From assembly GCA_030378005.1 (NCBI GenBank), contig JAUCGF010000072.1, forward strand, positions 10,542 to 74,541: a stretch of DNA of 64,000 nt. The letters are read 5' to 3'. The position numbers and the translations under genes are program-made. Below the pieces are notes generated by a model, which saw nothing but the letters and a program-made list of their open reading frames with translations, was not told where the DNA came from and did no database searches. Each line of letters starts with the position of its first letter. Within the stretch, counting starts at the first letter, position 1. Origin of the DNA: Desulfococcaceae bacterium HSG9 (GTDB lineage: Bacteria > Desulfobacterota > Desulfobacteria > Desulfobacterales > JAUCGF01). Shown here piece after piece: positions 1 through 10,196 of this stretch.

Positions 1-2
1 AT

Positions 3-1268
3 CTTAATACAGGTTTAATGTGGTCTAAAGCGGTTGATAAAGGCAAGGTGAGTTTAATCGAAGCAAAAAGGGTTGCACAAAGGATGACACTTGGCGGATA
101 TTCTGATTGGCGAACACCTGATATAAAAGAATTGTATTCTCTGATAGATTTCAGAGGCTATACGGGATTTAGCCGGACAAGATCCAAAAGAGGAGCGCCG
201 GCTAATGCCATCCCCTTTATCAACACAGATTATTTTGACTTCGAATACGGGGACGTTAGCAAAGGGGAAAGATATATAGACGCCCAGTGGCTGTCGAATA
301 CAAAATATGTGAGTACCACCATGAACGGAGATGAAACACTGTTCGGAGTCAATTTTGCCGATGGCCGTATCAAAGGATACGGGTATCGCATGCCCGGAAG
401 TTCCAGGGAAAAAAAATTCTATGCCCGTTATGTGCGTGGCAATGCTTATGGGGAAAATGATTTTAAAGACAATGGCGATGGCACGGTCACAGATCGGGCA
501 AGCGGGCTTATGTGGACGCAGAGAGACAGCGGCAGGGGCATGAACTGGAAGGACGCTCTTGAATATGCCGAAAGTTTGGTATATGCGGGATACGATGATT
601 GGCGTCTTCCGAATGCTAAAGAACTGCAATATATCGTTGATTATTCCCGTTCTCCTGACACTACGGATTCCCCGGCTATTAACCCCATATTGGTCACCAC
701 ATCTATTGTCAACGAGGCCGGGAAAAAAGATTATCCGTTTTTCTGGTCGTCAACCACTCACCTGGACGGTCCGAATCCGGGAAAAAATGCGGCGTATGTC
801 GCATTCGGAAGAGCGCTCGGCAAAATGCGCGGCAAGATTATGGATGTGCATGGTGCCGGCGCTCAACGCAGCGACCCCAAAAGCGGAAATCCGACTCAAT
901 GGCATGGCCCCCAAGGAGATGCGCGAAGAGTTAAAAATTTTGTCAGATGCGTACGGGGCGGTTCGATCAAAATCAGAACTTCAGCAGTTTCACAGAATCA
1001 AGACAAATACCCGAACAATGTCAAAACATCGGAAATCACCCGTCAACAAGGGCAAAGAATTTCGGCAGGAAGACCCGGTTCCCCGTTCGGAGGGAGAAGA
1101 TTTATTAAACGGTTAGATAAAGACGGGGATGGCAAAGTATCCCGATCAGAGTTTGACGGGCCCAAAAATCGTTTCAGTTTCCATGACAAAAATAATGACG
1201 GTTATATTTCTGAAAACGAGGCACCCAAAGGACCGCCTCCAAGAGGTGACAGGCCGCCAGTGCCCTGA
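3..1268 (+). CDS. DUF1566 (Lcl C-terminal domain) protein with C-terminal EF-hand pair. 5' partial: the frame is open to the window start.
   Basis: Repeated DUF1566 signatures (TGLMW at the window edge, DWRTPDIKELYSL, GLMWTQRDSG...DWRLPNAKELQYIV). C-terminal DKDGDGKVSRSEF and DKNNDGYISENE EF-hand loops. Confidence 0.65.
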   Translation, partial: LNTGLMWSKAVDKGKVSLIEAKRVAQRMTLGGYSDWRTPDIKELYSLIDFRGYTGFSRTRSKRGAPANAIPFINTDYFDFEYGDVSKGERYIDAQWLSNTKYVSTTMNGDETLFGVNFADGRIKGYGYRMPGSSREKKFYARYVRGNAYGENDFKDNGDGTVTDRASGLMWTQRDSGRGMNWKDALEYAESLVYAGYDDWRLPNAKELQYIVDYSRSPDTTDSPAINPILVTTSIVNEAGKKDYPFFWSSTTHLDGPNPGKNAAYVAFGRALGKMRGKIMDVHGAGAQRSDPKSGNPTQWHGPQGDARRVKNFVRCVRGGSIKIRTSAVSQNQDKYPNNVKTSEITRQQGQRISAGRPGSPFGGRRFIKRLDKDGDGKVSRSEFDGPKNRFSFHDKNNDGYISENEAPKGPPPRGDRPPVP

Positions 1269-1491
1269 TTATTGACTCTCAGATAAATAATGTCACTGCG
1301 TTATCAGTCGGAGATATACGACTGAGGTATTATCTCCTCCTTCCAGCCTTGTGACATTAATTATCTGAAAGGCTATATAAGGACGCGGAAACCGCATTTT
1401 CACCTCTGATACGATTCAGTTAGCCATAACAATTTAAAAAATTTTATTCAACCGCATAACTCTTACAATAAATGAACGGGGAAACCTGCCA

Positions 1492-2187
1492 ATGGAAATA
1501 CTGAAAAATATACCCTTGAATCTGAAAGCAAAAGAAATAGCGTCAAAGCTGCGTATGCGGCGTACAGGAAATGTGGACATGGCACAGACATTGCTTGAGA
1601 TCGCGCAACCACTGCTCACACCCAAAGCGTTGTATAAAGTGTCTTATATTGATGAAAAATCTGAAGCTGCTGTTGTTATCAACGGAGTTCGTCTGCAAAG
1701 CCGCGTATTACGGAAAAATTTGGATAACGTCGGCCGGGTTTTTCCATACGTTGTAACCATTGGCGATGAATTGGAAAAAAGATCCGATGCCACCGATGAT
1801 TTTCTGGAAAAATATTATCTTGATTCAATTGGAAACATCGCCCTTACCAAAGCTATCCGGCATCTTGAAGCGCATCTTAAAACAAAATTCGCCTTGGAGA
1901 AGATGGCATTCATGGCACCCGGTTCACTTGAAGATTGGCCGCTCACAGAACAGACACATTTATTTTCAATTCTTGGTGATGTTGAAGAGGCCATCGGCGT
2001 GAGGTTGAGTGAATATCTTCTTATGTTTCCGCGAAAGTCTGAATCCGGTATTTATTTCCCCGCGGAGACTGCTTTTTATAGTTGTCAATTGTGTCCTCGG
2101 AAGCGTTGTGAAGAAAGAAAAGCGCGCTACAATGCAAAATTGGCTCAAGAATACAGAATTAACGAAATCAAAGTGGGAACATCATAG
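1492..2187 (+). CDS. Methionine-synthase activation-domain-like protein (B12-dependent MetH activation region family).
   Basis: About 230 aa. Overall resemblance to the stand-alone Met_synt_B12 proteins of anaerobes, with a C-terminal Cys cluster. Recognised by eye only. Confidence 0.35.
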   Translation: MEILKNIPLNLKAKEIASKLRMRRTGNVDMAQTLLEIAQPLLTPKALYKVSYIDEKSEAAVVINGVRLQSRVLRKNLDNVGRVFPYVVTIGDELEKRSDATDDFLEKYYLDSIGNIALTKAIRHLEAHLKTKFALEKMAFMAPGSLEDWPLTEQTHLFSILGDVEEAIGVRLSEYLLMFPRKSESGIYFPAETAFYSCQLCPRKRCEERKARYNAKLAQEYRINEIKVGTS

Positions 2188-2256
2188 CAGAACAAATACC
2201 GCTGCTTGTCTTTCGGTAATGTTTTGAATTAACCGACTCAAACAGAAAGGTTTTTT

Positions 2257-4995
2257 ATGAAATATATTATAGGCACTATCAGCGCGATCATCGGAGGAAT
2301 ACTGCTTGAATTTGCCGGCGTCGTCATTGGGTTCGCACTCGGTTTTCTGTTTGGTGTTGTCTGGGAATTGAAACGCAATCTTGCGCAACTGCAAAAGCGC
2401 GTGGATGATTTAAAATATCAGGTAAAGAAACTGACCGTAGAAACGCCCGCACCGTCGGTAGTTAAGCCTGAAAAAACGTCAACGGTTTCATCGCCGACAG
2501 AGGAATCTGTCCAGCCATTACAAACTGTTCCGGATATAGTCACAGAAGAAACCACGCCGCCTCCCGAACCGTTGGTTTTTGAATATGAATACGCTGCGGA
2601 ACCTCTGGCATCGCCCGCTAAAAGCAAAACAGCATCTGATTCTTCGGAAAAAAACACCGCATCTGAATTTATACACAGGCTGAAAGAGATCATCATCGGA
2701 GACAATGTGCTGGTGCGTATCGGCCTGCTGGTGCTGTTTTGCGGAGTGGCGTTTTTGCTCAAATTTGCCGCTGAACATAATATGCTTCCCATTGAAATCC
2801 GTCTTATCGGCTCGGGCTTGGGCGGTCTTTTCATGCTGGCTATGGGATGGCGTTTGCGCAACCGGCGGCGCAACTACGCACTGATGATTCAAGGCGGCGG
2901 TATCGGCGTGCTTTATTTCACGCTTTTCGCGGCCGCCAAGATGTACACGCTGGCACCGGTCGGGCTGGCCCTGGCTTTGATGGTTGCGATGGTTGTGCTT
3001 ACCGCTGTTTTGGCGGTATTGCAAGACGCATCCGCTTTGGCGCAGTTCGGCTCGGCCGGCGGCTTTATGGCTCCGGTGTTGATGTCCACTGGCGGCGGCA
3101 GTCATATTATGCTTTTTTCTTACTACGCTTTATTGAATGTCGGTATTTTGGGCGTGGCCTGGTTCCGTTCTTGGCGCGCTCTGAATTTAATCGGTTTTGT
3201 GTTCACTTTCAGCATTGGCGCATCCTGGGGCTATAATTATTACACACCGGCTTTTTTTGCTTCAACCGAACCTTTTCTGATTCTCTTTTTTGTTTTTTAT
3301 GCGGCCATTGCCGTGCTTTTTGCCTTTCGCCAGGCACCTGACCTGAAAGGCTATATTGATGGCACGCTTGTTTTCGGGCTGCCTTTGATTTTTTTCAGTC
3401 TCCAGTACGCCCTGGTGCGTGATTTTGAATACGGCCTGGCATATTCCGCTCTGGGTGCGGCTGCTTTTTATATTGTTATGGCAACGGTTTTATGGAAAAA
3501 GCAGACTGATGGCCTGCGTTTGCTGACCGAAGCTTTTCTGTCACTCGGTGTGGTGTTTGGCAGTCTGGCGATCCCGTTGGCGCTGGAAGGGCGTTGGACA
3601 GCAGCGGTGTGGGCATTAGAAGGGTTCGCTCTGATTTGGATCGGCGTGCGCCAATCCCGTTGTCTGGCACGCAATTTCGGATTGTTGCTCCAATTTGGGG
3701 CCGGTATCGCCTTTCTCAGCAACGTTCACAAAATACAACCCCACATCCCGATTGCCAACAGCATCTTTCTCGGCTGTCTGATTATCAGTTCGGCCGGGTT
3801 GAGTGCTGCAAGGTATCTTGAACTTCATGCCGACCGGTTGCGCAAATGGGAAAAATATTTTTATATTCCTATCTTTATTTGGGGATTGCTTTGGTGGTTG
3901 GGCGGCGGTTTGAATGAAATTGAAGAATTTCTGACCCGCAAAAATGAGATTCATGCCAATCTGCTGTTTATTGCCGTCAGCGCCCTGACAATGGGATTGC
4001 TGGCACGCAAGCTGAATTGGCGCGCCATGCGATGGCCGCCGTTAATTTTGCTGCCGGCAATGATGATGACTGCTTTTGCCAGCTATGCCCGCAGTTCGAT
4101 TAAGCATCCGTTTACGCGCTGGGGTGCTGTTCCGTGGATGACCGCGTTTACGGTTTGGTATTATCTGTTGCATCGTTTTGAAACGCTTTGGCACGAACGT
4201 CTGATTCTGATACTGCATCAGGCTGCCCTGTGGCTGGCGGTGCTGATTCTGACATGGGAGTTTGCTTGGGCCGTCGATCAGGTGATAAAAGGCGCAGAAG
4301 TTTGGTCTTTTGCAGTCTGGAGTACTGTTCCCGGCCTGGTGATTTTGGCTCTGATCATAAAGGGCGAGCGTATCCGCTGGCCGTTTGGCAAATATTATGA
4401 ATGGTATGCGGGTACCGGTGCGGCCATGTTGGTGCTTTTTATCGGGATACAGAGTTTTGTTTCCACATTCAAATCCGGAAACCCGCATCCGTTGCCCTAT
4501 ATTCCCCTTTTAAACCCATTAGATATGGTTCAACTGTTTATTTTTCTGGTGATCAGCGTGTGGATTAAATATATCCGAGCAGCAAAACCGCCGCTGATTG
4601 TGAAACTGCCGAATCGAATGTTCATATATGCGTTAGTGCTGATTATCTTCATATTTATCAATGCGGCGGTGTCCCGCACAGTCCATTTCTGGGGAGATAC
4701 GCCTTTCACAGCGCGTTCCATGTTCGCTTCCGTTTTGTTCCAGGCCGCTATCTCGATTGTATGGAGTCTCACAGCCTTTGGTGTGATGGGATTTGCCACG
4801 CGCCAAGGAAAGCGTGAAGTCTGGTTTGTCGGCGCTGCGCTTCTGGGGCTTGAGGTGCTGAAATTGTTTATCGTGGATCTTTCCGGTATCGGAACGATTT
4901 CCCGAATTGTATCATTTTTGGCGGTGGGTGTTCTGATTCTTATTATCGGCTATTTTTCGCCTTTGCCGCCGCGACGTTATGAGGATTCCAGCTAA
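2257..4995 (+). CDS. DUF2339-like large polytopic membrane protein (N-terminal coiled coil, Pro/Ser-rich linker, about 20 TM helices).
   Basis: 912 aa. N-terminal TM helix plus a coiled coil (LKRNLAQLQKRVDDLKYQVKKL), then many hydrophobic helices in a repetitive arrangement. Sits immediately upstream of a DUF3999-type gene, the usual pairing. Confidence 0.55.
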   Translation: MKYIIGTISAIIGGILLEFAGVVIGFALGFLFGVVWELKRNLAQLQKRVDDLKYQVKKLTVETPAPSVVKPEKTSTVSSPTEESVQPLQTVPDIVTEETTPPPEPLVFEYEYAAEPLASPAKSKTASDSSEKNTASEFIHRLKEIIIGDNVLVRIGLLVLFCGVAFLLKFAAEHNMLPIEIRLIGSGLGGLFMLAMGWRLRNRRRNYALMIQGGGIGVLYFTLFAAAKMYTLAPVGLALALMVAMVVLTAVLAVLQDASALAQFGSAGGFMAPVLMSTGGGSHIMLFSYYALLNVGILGVAWFRSWRALNLIGFVFTFSIGASWGYNYYTPAFFASTEPFLILFFVFYAAIAVLFAFRQAPDLKGYIDGTLVFGLPLIFFSLQYALVRDFEYGLAYSALGAAAFYIVMATVLWKKQTDGLRLLTEAFLSLGVVFGSLAIPLALEGRWTAAVWALEGFALIWIGVRQSRCLARNFGLLLQFGAGIAFLSNVHKIQPHIPIANSIFLGCLIISSAGLSAARYLELHADRLRKWEKYFYIPIFIWGLLWWLGGGLNEIEEFLTRKNEIHANLLFIAVSALTMGLLARKLNWRAMRWPPLILLPAMMMTAFASYARSSIKHPFTRWGAVPWMTAFTVWYYLLHRFETLWHERLILILHQAALWLAVLILTWEFAWAVDQVIKGAEVWSFAVWSTVPGLVILALIIKGERIRWPFGKYYEWYAGTGAAMLVLFIGIQSFVSTFKSGNPHPLPYIPLLNPLDMVQLFIFLVISVWIKYIRAAKPPLIVKLPNRMFIYALVLIIFIFINAAVSRTVHFWGDTPFTARSMFASVLFQAAISIVWSLTAFGVMGFATRQGKREVWFVGAALLGLEVLKLFIVDLSGIGTISRIVSFLAVGVLILIIGYFSPLPPRRYEDSS

Positions 4996-5000
4996 ATTTC

Positions 5001-5066
5001 TTAATCTTAATCTTAATCATAATCTTAATCGAAAAGCGATTAAGATTAAGATTATGATTATGAACA
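5001..5066. repeat. Long imperfect hairpin built from AATCTTAATC units between the DUF2339 and DUF3999 genes.
   Basis: cttaatcttaatcataatcttaatcg-aaaag-cgattaagattaagattatgattat gives a stem of about 24 bp with 1-2 mismatches. It is followed by the RBS aaggag of the next gene. Confidence 0.7.
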
Positions 5067-5079
5067 AGGAGATAAGTAA

Positions 5080-6465
5080 ATGAAAATAGTAATGATAACG
5101 CTTATTGTTTTGATATGGCCCCCTGCGATTCAGGCGGATAGCCCGCGCCCGGATGACTTTGCCTTTGGCTATCAATTGACCGTGGACAGCCACGGTTCGC
5201 TTTATAAAATCACTTTGCCGGAAGATATTTACCAAAACGTAACGCGGAGCGATCTGGGAGATTTAAGAGTGTTCAATAATTATGGTGAGGTCGTTCCGCA
5301 TGAAATTCAAAGACGTCAAAGCGTGCGTACCAAAGCGACCGAGTACATATCTTTGCCGTTTTTTCCTATTTTTAATCCCAAAGGCAAAAGCGATACACCT
5401 TTATCTATGAATTTCACAACCAATGCTGCCGGTGCCATTATTATGGTTACCGGCAAAACGGACGAGGATGAAACTTTACAGACAAGCGCATATCTGATTG
5501 ATGTCAGTCATATAAAAAAGAACATCAAAGAATTGGAGTTGCGTTGGGAAGGTGCTGATCAACATTTTATCACGACAGTCAAAGTATCTTACAGTAAGGA
5601 TTTGACGAATTGGCGAACACTGGTTAAGGCCGCAACCCTTACTGAGATGCAGTACGGCAATCACAAATTGGAACAGCGCACAATCGATCTTCCGTTGCGG
5701 AAAACGCCTTACCTGCGTTTGTCCTGGCAGGCCGGCGCAATGGATGTCCGTTTAACATCTGTTCGGGGCGAGGTTCTTCATGAGGCGCTTTCCAGAAAGC
5801 GTCGCGTGATTACACTCTCCGGCGTCCGCGATGCTGACAATCTCAAAGCGTATAATTTTGACAGTAAAGGTGTATTTCCGACCGACCGGGTAAATATCCG
5901 GCTGCCTCAAATAAACAGCCTGATACAAGCGGTCGTGAAATCACGCAAAAATACGGATGCCCCCTGGCGCGTACGCTGCCGAGGGGTATTTTACAATCTT
6001 CGTATGAACCAAACTGATCTGAAAAATCCGGTTTTTTCATCCGCTTTAACTACCGACCGCTACTGGCGTTTGGAAATCTTGTCAGATACCGGCGGCATGG
6101 GAAACAGTCCGCCACTTATGGAATTGGGCTGGACGCCTGATGATCTGATATTTCTGGCTCGCGGCGAATCACCGTTTACCCTGGCATTTGGAAGCGCCCG
6201 GATACGTCCGCGATCATCAACTGCCCACCTCCTTATCGAGCCGTTGCAAAACCAAAACAAGTCCGCTGAATTTATCCGTCCGGCGCAGATCAAAAAACGC
6301 ATCGAACTCGGCGGTGCATCCAGATTAACACCGCTGCCGCCGCCCGTGCCCTGGAAACAATGGTTGTTGTGGGGGATTCTAATTGCCGGAGTCGGCTTCC
6401 TCGGATTCATGGCCTGGAATCTTTATCAACAGATGAATCGGTCGGGGGAAAAAAATGTGGAATGA
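5080..6465 (+). CDS. DUF3999-like secreted/anchored protein (signal peptide, C-terminal TM anchor).
   Basis: N-terminal signal peptide (MKIVMITLIVLIWPPAIQA). C-terminal TM (WLLWGILIAGVGFLGFMAW). Size and adjacency to DUF2339 fit. Confidence 0.5.
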   Translation: MKIVMITLIVLIWPPAIQADSPRPDDFAFGYQLTVDSHGSLYKITLPEDIYQNVTRSDLGDLRVFNNYGEVVPHEIQRRQSVRTKATEYISLPFFPIFNPKGKSDTPLSMNFTTNAAGAIIMVTGKTDEDETLQTSAYLIDVSHIKKNIKELELRWEGADQHFITTVKVSYSKDLTNWRTLVKAATLTEMQYGNHKLEQRTIDLPLRKTPYLRLSWQAGAMDVRLTSVRGEVLHEALSRKRRVITLSGVRDADNLKAYNFDSKGVFPTDRVNIRLPQINSLIQAVVKSRKNTDAPWRVRCRGVFYNLRMNQTDLKNPVFSSALTTDRYWRLEILSDTGGMGNSPPLMELGWTPDDLIFLARGESPFTLAFGSARIRPRSSTAHLLIEPLQNQNKSAEFIRPAQIKKRIELGGASRLTPLPPPVPWKQWLLWGILIAGVGFLGFMAWNLYQQMNRSGEKNVE

Positions 6466-7039
6466 TGTGGTTTGAAGAATCGGGCTTTTCTTAAAATTGA
6501 TTGTTACATTTTCACGGAAGATTAGATCATGACCGTCCTATTATCAGTAGATGGAAAATGTCTGAAAATACAGCAGGGAGCGCAAAAATTAAGCACAGCG
6601 GTTTTTTGCCGGCCCCTAAGTTTTCATCTACTGATTAATTGATGCTTCCGCTATCTTATTCATAATAAGCTCCTTTCTAATAATTATTGCATTTCGTTCA
6701 AAACAAAGCTTATTATAAATCACCATCAATACGGTTGTTAACTACTTTTTGATGCAATCCCCCTGGTCTAATGATCAAATCAAGTTGCTATTTTAACAGT
6801 TATATGCTAATCTGAAAATTTTTTGGCTTGATTTTGGACAATTTAAAAATATTAATGTAAATTAATTCAAATGATTGTAATATTTGAAATCATAGTCTTC
6901 GTTTGGAAGGTATGGCTTCGTCTATTTATATTTTACACAAACAAAACCTTGATGTTAAAGGGTTTTCGCTTTTTCCAAAATGGCTAAAGTCGAGTAAGGT
7001 TAAAACTGTTTATTAACTTAGTATAACAGGAGGCATCTG

Positions 7040-7867
7040 ATGGATAGCACAAAAGTCATGGTCAACGGCATTCCGGGCAATATGGCATGCAATGTCGCGA
7101 AGCTCGTTATAGCTGATCAGCGTTTTGAATTGGTTGCGCAATCGTTTACCGGCCCGGAAATTACTGCGCATCAACATGAAGTAGCCGGAATTACGATTAA
7201 TTTAATTCAACCGGATGAACGTGAACGGGCTATTAATGAAATCAGAGCAAATAAGGGGGATTTCATCGTAATTGATTATACACATCCGTCCGCTGTAAAT
7301 GACAATGCCGAGTTTTATTGTCTGCACAACCTGCCATTTGTAATGGGAACAACAGGCGGAGAACGTCAGTTACTTGAAAAAACAGTTTCGGATTCAGCAA
7401 ATGTGGCTGTAATCGCCCCGAATATGGCCAAACAAATTGTCGGTTTTCAAGCAATGATGGAATATGCCGCCGAATCTTTTCCCGGCCTTTTCGAAGGCTA
7501 CACTTTGACTGTGAGGGAAAGTCATCAAAAAGGCAAAGCGGACACGAGCGGAACCGCTAAAGCGATGGTTAAGGTATTTAACCAAATGGGTGTTTCATTT
7601 TCGTCTGACGAAATTATCCAGGAAAGAGAACCTGAGGTTCAACTTAAAGAGTGGGGCATCCCTGGAGAGCATCTGAAAGGGCATGGATGGCATACGTATG
7701 CGCTTACTTCTGAAGACAGCACCGTGCATTTTGAATTCACACATAATGTAAACGGACGTGATGTGTATGCGTACGGCACCCTTGATGCAGTCAGTTATTT
7801 ACATGACAAAGTCAAACAGGGAGCGCATGGTATAGTATATACAATGACAGATGTGTTGAAAACCTAA
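7040..7867 (+). CDS. dapB: 4-hydroxy-tetrahydrodipicolinate reductase, plant/cyanobacterial type.
   Basis: VMVNGIPGNMA, DYTHPSAVNDNAEFY, FVMGTTGG, ESHQKGKADTSGTAKA and HFEFTHNVNGRDVYAYGTLDA match the plant-type DapB family almost motif-for-motif. Confidence 0.8.
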   Translation: MDSTKVMVNGIPGNMACNVAKLVIADQRFELVAQSFTGPEITAHQHEVAGITINLIQPDERERAINEIRANKGDFIVIDYTHPSAVNDNAEFYCLHNLPFVMGTTGGERQLLEKTVSDSANVAVIAPNMAKQIVGFQAMMEYAAESFPGLFEGYTLTVRESHQKGKADTSGTAKAMVKVFNQMGVSFSSDEIIQEREPEVQLKEWGIPGEHLKGHGWHTYALTSEDSTVHFEFTHNVNGRDVYAYGTLDAVSYLHDKVKQGAHGIVYTMTDVLKT

Positions 7868-7946
7868 ATTGTGCAGGTTTCAGTGTTCAGGTTATGTTCG
7901 TCACCTCCTGACACTCGAAGCCTGACGCTATGTTTTTTGAAAAGGA

Positions 7947-8822
7947 GTGACTGACTTGAAACCTCAAACTTCAAACTTCAAACTTACCACACCCAAAATA
8001 GGTATGCCAAGCAGCGCAATGGTATTAGCTCCCTGGACAAAGGCGATTCAGGCTGCTGCTGCTAACGACTTTGATGCCTTTGAAGTTGTTATTGTTTATC
8101 CTTCAGCCGATTTAGATAGCATCACTCCCCATGAAATCACAAAGGCCAAAGCTATATCTGAAAAGAAAGGTATGGAAATTTGCGTCCATGCCCCTTTTTT
8201 TGAACTCAATATTGCAGGTTACTGTCAAGGAATCAGAAACACATCGGTGCGTTATATCAAAAAAGCGACAGATCTTTGTGCCGCCTTGGGTGGAAACATT
8301 CTTATTGTTCATGCGGGTAATTATATCTATAATTTTCCCCCGGGAACGACACCGGACAACTATCCTTTGATGAAAATACAATGGGACAATAATATTGAGT
8401 CCCTAAGAAAAATTAACGATTATGCGAATGATAAGGGCTTAATTGTCTGTTTGGAAAATATCGGAGACAGGGCGATTGACAAAACATTCGAACACTTGCT
8501 GGAAATACGCCAATCTGTGGGTGATTCATTAAAATTCACATTGGATATTGGCCATGCACGTTTATGGGCTGAAGGAGGGGTTGAAAGAGGTCTAAAAGTG
8601 CTGGGTGATAATATTCGTCATATTCATTTTACGGATAATAATGGAATCGAAGATGATCATCTGCCTATTGGGGATGGCAACTCTGACTATTCCGGTTTTA
8701 TGAGATTTATTCGCGCTTTTCCGCATATTGTTACGCTTGAGGTGCTTGATATCGGGTATGACCCGGCAACTATTATAAGAAGTCGGGAGTATTTCACCAA
8801 ATTATGTGAAATCAATTCGTAG
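7947..8822 (+). CDS. Sugar phosphate isomerase/epimerase (xylose-isomerase-like TIM barrel). The GTG start is uncertain; an internal ATG near 8001 is possible.
   Basis: LENIGD, LDIGHA and HIHFTDNNG metal-binding TIM-barrel motifs. Confidence 0.65.
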   Translation: MTDLKPQTSNFKLTTPKIGMPSSAMVLAPWTKAIQAAAANDFDAFEVVIVYPSADLDSITPHEITKAKAISEKKGMEICVHAPFFELNIAGYCQGIRNTSVRYIKKATDLCAALGGNILIVHAGNYIYNFPPGTTPDNYPLMKIQWDNNIESLRKINDYANDKGLIVCLENIGDRAIDKTFEHLLEIRQSVGDSLKFTLDIGHARLWAEGGVERGLKVLGDNIRHIHFTDNNGIEDDHLPIGDGNSDYSGFMRFIRAFPHIVTLEVLDIGYDPATIIRSREYFTKLCEINS

Positions 8823-8867
8823 TTCTTTGTTACCGCGTTACATTTATAGTGTGATTTACGTTTGTCG

Positions 8868-9689
8868 TTAGAATTGAAAATATGAGGATTCCATCGCGAG
8901 TTCGGTTTCGGGGAAAATTTTCTTGGCTTTAATCAGGATGGCTTCAAGATCGGCATCACTATTTTCAGGATCGTGATGGGCAAGATAGAGTTTGCTCACT
9001 TGGGCTTTGCGCGCGGTTAGCGCCGCTTCTTCCCATGAACTGTGACCCCATCCGGCTTTAAGCCCTTTTTTGTCTTCTGGCGTGTATTGCGCATCATGGA
9101 TTAGCACTGTCGCTCCTTTTACAAAATCAACCACCTTTGAGCTGATGCCTTTCTTAGGATGTTCATGATCCGTAATAATACACATTGAGCCTTTAGGGCT
9201 ATCAACGCGGTAGCCGATGGCTCCGTTCGGATGTGTCAACCTCACAGTACGGACAAAAACACCGGGTAAAACCTCCAAATTATCACCTGCACGAATTTCA
9301 TTAAAATTTAATAATCCTTGTAAGTTATCTATCTTTACAGGAAAATAGGGATGTTGCATTTGTTCGCTGAGGATTTTTTCCATCATTATTCCATCCCTTG
9401 GCTCACCATATATACGAAAACGATTTTCTTTCCGAAAAGCCGGTGCAAAAAATGGAAGGCCCTGTATATGATCCCAATGATAATGGGTTAAAAATATGCT
9501 TCCTTGCCAACAATCGCTATTTTCATTAGCCAAATACTGCCCCAACAGTCGCAATCCAGTCCCTGCATCAAAAACACAAATATAATCATCCAGGCGAAGA
9601 CTGACACATGTCGTATTACCGCCAACGATAATGGTGTCTCGTCCAGGAGTCGGAATTGAACCCCGTACGCCCCAAAAACGAAGAATCAT
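8868..9689 (-). CDS. MBL-fold metallo-hydrolase.
   Basis: THYHWDH (HxHxDH) motif and downstream His/Asp ligands. 273 aa. Confidence 0.7.
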   Translation of the reverse strand: MILRFWGVRGSIPTPGRDTIIVGGNTTCVSLRLDDYICVFDAGTGLRLLGQYLANENSDCWQGSIFLTHYHWDHIQGLPFFAPAFRKENRFRIYGEPRDGIMMEKILSEQMQHPYFPVKIDNLQGLLNFNEIRAGDNLEVLPGVFVRTVRLTHPNGAIGYRVDSPKGSMCIITDHEHPKKGISSKVVDFVKGATVLIHDAQYTPEDKKGLKAGWGHSSWEEAALTARKAQVSKLYLAHHDPENSDADLEAILIKAKKIFPETELAMESSYFQF

Positions 9690-10196
9690 CTTGTCTCCTT
9701 GTGTTGTTTTTATAAATCAATCTAACCTACATCAGTCAGCGTTTCAGCTTAATACGAGGCTGAAACATCGCAACGCGTAAATAAAAGTTCAGCGTCAATT
9801 TGTAAAATCGTCCCACAAACTTTTAAATTTTATATAATATACAACAATTATGTCATTTTTCATGGGAAAGAGCAACCTTTTTTTACCTTTTAAGATTCTA
9901 TCAGATATTCGGCGCTCTTCTACAAGGCTCGTCAGTTACAAGAGATTAGCATCTTGACATTTTTTCACATCATTACACAAAAATCGAATTTACTTGTATA
10001 TCTTTATTGTATGAACCCAAGATAAATGATATATATGAAAAGTGAGATAGTCATTGGGTGCGAAATAACCATCATTCGGATTGCAAGGTTCAGCTTGTGT
10101 CACTATCATCACAAGTTGAACTTTTTATAAAAATGGGTAATTTATTTTATCCCTGATCCTATTTGTCATTAACAAACATTAACAGGAGGCAAATCC

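Noticed and set aside
54-629. 191-aa minus-strand ORF and assorted 60-120-aa ORFs (e.g. 2418-3105, 3468-3954, 4042-4488).
   Set aside because: They are nested in or antisense to the DUF1566 and DUF2339 genes. The GC-rich third-position bias of the real genes generates long open shadow frames.
7947-8822. Considered whether the xylose-isomerase-like TIM-barrel gene could be the missing ADH synthase partner of DHQS-II.
   Set aside because: ADH synthase is a class I (Schiff-base) aldolase fold. This ORF has the metal-dependent sugar-isomerase motifs instead and is 19 kb away from the DHQS-II gene.
9690-10196. Candidate -35/-10 promoter (TTGACA at about 9954).
   Set aside because: No acceptable -10 hexamer lies at 16-18 bp spacing. 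The call would be speculative.
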